This document shows positions 17,711 through 19,848 of a DNA stretch of 19,848 nt, piece after piece. The position numbers and the translations under genes are program-made. How positions within the stretch are numbered: position 1 is the stretch's first letter; every line of letters begins with the position of its first letter. The stretch comes from an uncultured Deferribacteres bacterium (GTDB lineage: Bacteria; Zhuqueibacterota; Zhuqueibacteria; Zhuqueibacterales; Geothermadaptataceae): the NCBI GenBank assembly GCA_964014485.1, contig CAXHAT010000151.1:1-19848 (forward strand). The letters are read 5' to 3'. The notes beneath the pieces were generated by a model. It made no database searches, was not told where the DNA came from, and saw only the letters and a list, made by a program, of their open reading frames with translations.

Positions 17711-17736
17711 CCTCTTGCCTTCGTTCGAAAGTGTCA

Positions 17737-17765
17737 AACTTATCCTAAATAGCCTGAAAAGTCAA
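17737..17765 (-). promoter_or_regulatory. Sigma70-type promoter for the uppS cluster
   Basis: Minus strand TTGACT (17765-17760), 17-bp spacer, TAAGTT (17742-17737). Confidence 0.6.
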
Positions 17766-17767
17766 GC

Positions 17768-17800
17768 TAAATTGAAGCCGGAAGCTGCCGTAAATTGAAG
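17768..17800. repeat. 10-bp direct repeat TAAATTGAAG x2
   Basis: Exact copies at 17768-17777 and 17791-17800 (period 23 bp). Confidence 0.8.
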
Positions 17801-17936
17801 GTGTTAAGCCAATTTTACATCTATTTTTTCCGCAGCGATCCATGATGACCGTACGCTTTTTCAATTGGTTGCATAACTCAGGATGGAAACGTGTAACCTT
17901 TTAATTTATAACCATTTTACACAGGAAGTGAAAATT

Positions 17937-18146
17937 ATGGATACGCAAGCCTTTCAGTTGGATTACCTCGAGATCGAACCCGCGTCTTCTAAGGCGCTCA
18001 AGGACAACGTTCGCGAAATATTGGATCAGTCGAGAAGCTATTCCGCTGCAATTGCCGGTCATAACAACAAGACCGGAGAATATGAGATTGTCATTAAAGG
18101 AAAATTGACGGACGAGGCGGCGGCAAGCCTGGCTCCGAAGATGTGA
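17937..18146 (+). CDS. Small hypothetical protein (69 aa)
   Basis: SD-like CAGGAAG before ATG 17937, protein-like composition, followed by a strong terminator. No family recognised. Confidence 0.7.
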   Translation: MDTQAFQLDYLEIEPASSKALKDNVREILDQSRSYSAAIAGHNNKTGEYEIVIKGKLTDEAAASLAPKM

Positions 18147-18180
18147 TCGAATACTTTGCCAGACTCGAAACTCGTTTTAC

Positions 18181-18222
18181 AAGAAAAGGGCGTGTTAAAT
18201 TTAGCACGCCCTTTTCTTTTTT
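18181..18222. terminator. Bidirectional intrinsic terminator
   Basis: AAGAAAAGGGCGTG...CACGCCCTTTTCTT perfect 14-bp arms with A-rich and T-rich flanks, between convergent genes. Confidence 0.9.
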
Positions 18223-18255
18223 AACGCTTTTGAGAACGATTCATTGCCCCGAGAG

Positions 18256-19527
18256 CTAATAACTCTCTTCTTTTACAAGCGGGCCGTTCTCCAAGCCGGG
18301 ACTGTCTACGGGGAATCGAGAATTAAAGGAATGATCAGTTTCGTCGAGATCGACGGCGTCTTTTTCACGAAGAACGCGGCTAACATTCCTGACGCCGCGC
18401 CGCATCTTCTTGACGTTCGCGTTCACATAGCGATCTTTCTGGCGGTTGTGCGTTGCGATCACTTTTTTCAGGTCGCCGTCCAGGCTTGTTTCTAATTCTA
18501 TTTCATTCAACGCCTTCATTTCATCCTTCGATGCGGCGCTTTCTCTGCGTTTAAGCGCGTAATCATAAGGGCCCGTTTTTGAAATCAGCTTTACGATAAC
18601 CGGCGACGTTTCAAGCAAAAGAAAAATGAGCATGACAGCCCAACCGATGTTTCGCGCGGCGGTATTGGCTTCGTCGCCCATAATCGCCGAAAGCGCCGTG
18701 TAGCGTTGTAAAAAGCCGTCCGCTTCGGCTCGTGCGTCAACGCCGGCGATTTCTTCGCTTGAAAGCACGGAATCTTTGTCAGTGCTTGTGATTTGTCTGA
18801 TTTTCGCAGCCAAGGATTGGATTTCGCCTTCGTAACTCGCTTTCATCTCTACAAGCTCGCCGTCCAGACGCTGGAAATTTTCAAACATCTTGCGATAAAT
18901 CGGTCCCTGCCCGGCGATGCGCCCTCCCAATTCACCCGCTTCCTCTCTCGTGACGTTCGTCCAGGCCGAATCAAGGTCAGCCTGTTTTTGATCGATCATA
19001 TTCTGCAGGAAGCTTCGTCTTGCCTGCAAGTTTGCCAGCGCAATCGAATCTTCAGCACTGTTTTTCAATTTTAAAGCGGAAACATAAGTCTGGTGTTCCT
19101 CGGCAATATGCGCGTTGATTTCTTTTTCAAAAAGGCGCAATTCCAGAGGCTTGGCGATCACGATTGCCAAGAAAACCGCCATGATGATTCTCGGCGCGGC
19201 CATCATAAATTCTCGAAAGAATCCGTCGCCTTTTCTCATGCTCGAAACAATGAAACGATCAAGATTAAAAATAATCAATCCCCAGAGAAGGCCGAACCCG
19301 GCGGCTAAATATGGGTTTTCAAAAACTGTGTAGAGTGCATATCCCCCGGAAAGCGAAGCCAGAATCGCCGTAAATATGACCGTGAGACCAATGCCGGCGT
19401 ATTTAATATGTTCGGTGTCGTATTTTTCAAGAAGGTCGATCTTGGCTCCTGACGAAAACCAAAAGAAGCGTCTAATTTTTTTGAAGAATCCTCCCCCCGA
19501 TTGCGTGGAATGATAATTTGAAGACAT
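18256..19527 (-). CDS. DUF4407-domain membrane protein with coiled coil
   Basis: FFWFSSGA...EHIKYAGIG...GGYAL...WGLIIFNLDRFIVSS...PRIIMAVFLAIVIAKPLELRLFEKEI, coiled coil, fourth TM followed by ETSPVIVKL...GPYD. Start at ATG 19527 after strong SD TAAGGAG. Confidence 0.85.
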   Translation of the reverse strand: MSSNYHSTQSGGGFFKKIRRFFWFSSGAKIDLLEKYDTEHIKYAGIGLTVIFTAILASLSGGYALYTVFENPYLAAGFGLLWGLIIFNLDRFIVSSMRKGDGFFREFMMAAPRIIMAVFLAIVIAKPLELRLFEKEINAHIAEEHQTYVSALKLKNSAEDSIALANLQARRSFLQNMIDQKQADLDSAWTNVTREEAGELGGRIAGQGPIYRKMFENFQRLDGELVEMKASYEGEIQSLAAKIRQITSTDKDSVLSSEEIAGVDARAEADGFLQRYTALSAIMGDEANTAARNIGWAVMLIFLLLETSPVIVKLISKTGPYDYALKRRESAASKDEMKALNEIELETSLDGDLKKVIATHNRQKDRYVNANVKKMRRGVRNVSRVLREKDAVDLDETDHSFNSRFPVDSPGLENGPLVKEESY

Positions 19528-19610
19528 TTGACTTCTCCTTAAGTTGATGTCTTGACTGCGCGTCTTGCCCTGACGGCGTTTTCCCCAGTTGCGTCCCATC
19601 CTGGCGCATG

Positions 19611-19638
19611 GTTATACTCTGGCTTCAGCGCCGCGCAA
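19611..19638 (-). promoter_or_regulatory. Possible promoter for the DUF4407 gene
   Basis: Minus strand TTGCGC (19638-19633), 16-bp spacer, TATAAC (19616-19611). Confidence 0.35.
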
Positions 19639-19744
19639 GTGCGGAAAATGTCGTAGAGGCAATGGAGTTGGGTCAGGTACGGGGGGAGTTTGAAAAAGAT
19701 GTCATGGTTTTGAATAAACCTGTCCCGGAGTGCATCTGGGATAT

Positions 19745-19848
19745 TGGAGTGCTGGAGTGCTGGAGTGCTGGAGTGCTGGAGTGCCGGAGTGCTGGAGTGC
19801 TGGAGTGCTGGAGTGCTGGAGTGCTGGAGTGCTGGAGTGCTGGAGTGC
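19745..19848. repeat. Octamer tandem repeat (TGGAGTGC)13, truncated by the window end
   Basis: 13 units of 8 bp. Unit 6 (19785) is the variant CGGAGTGC. A detached copy CGGAGTGC lies at 19726-19733. Confidence 0.98.

Noticed and set aside
19745..19848. CRISPR array, telomere or Chi-site cluster
   Set aside because: 8-bp units with no spacers and no cas genes. Nothing shows a true replicon end. GCTGGAGT only partly resembles E. coli Chi (GCTGGTGG).
19704..19848. ORF MVLNKPVPECIWDIGVLECWSAGVLEC… through the repeat
   Set aside because: It is open only because the octamer lacks stop codons; there is no independent coding evidence.

Overview
This is a mostly housekeeping bacterial window of roughly balanced GC. 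It probably comes from a non-Bacteroidota FCB-group diderm (KSB1/Calditrichota/Ignavibacteria-like), inferred from the QNFPNPFNPSTTIRF-type C-terminal sorting domain and the gene order. The plus strand carries a secreted GHL10 (YddW/DigH-like) glycoside hydrolase and an sbcDC (Mre11/Rad50) pair with its own promoter. The minus strand carries an envelope-biogenesis cluster: uppS - tamB-like (about 1456 aa) - bamA - skp - fabZ - DUF6588-like outer-membrane protein - dxr. After it come a 69-aa orphan, a convergent DUF4407 membrane protein and a (TGGAGTGC)13 tandem repeat running off the end. Three observations stand out. (1) The lipid A genes lpxD, lpxC and lpxA, normally in the bamA-skp-fabZ cluster, are absent here; fabZ has its own promoter behind a long hairpin, and an uncharacterised outer-membrane protein sits where lpxA usually is. 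(2) A ~30-bp element is shared immediately upstream of the predicted uppS and skp promoters. (3) The window ends in an octamer array. I found no CRISPR array, tRNA, rRNA or transposase. I cannot demonstrate a novel system from sequence alone; the best candidate is a possibly lipid-A-free outer-membrane module.
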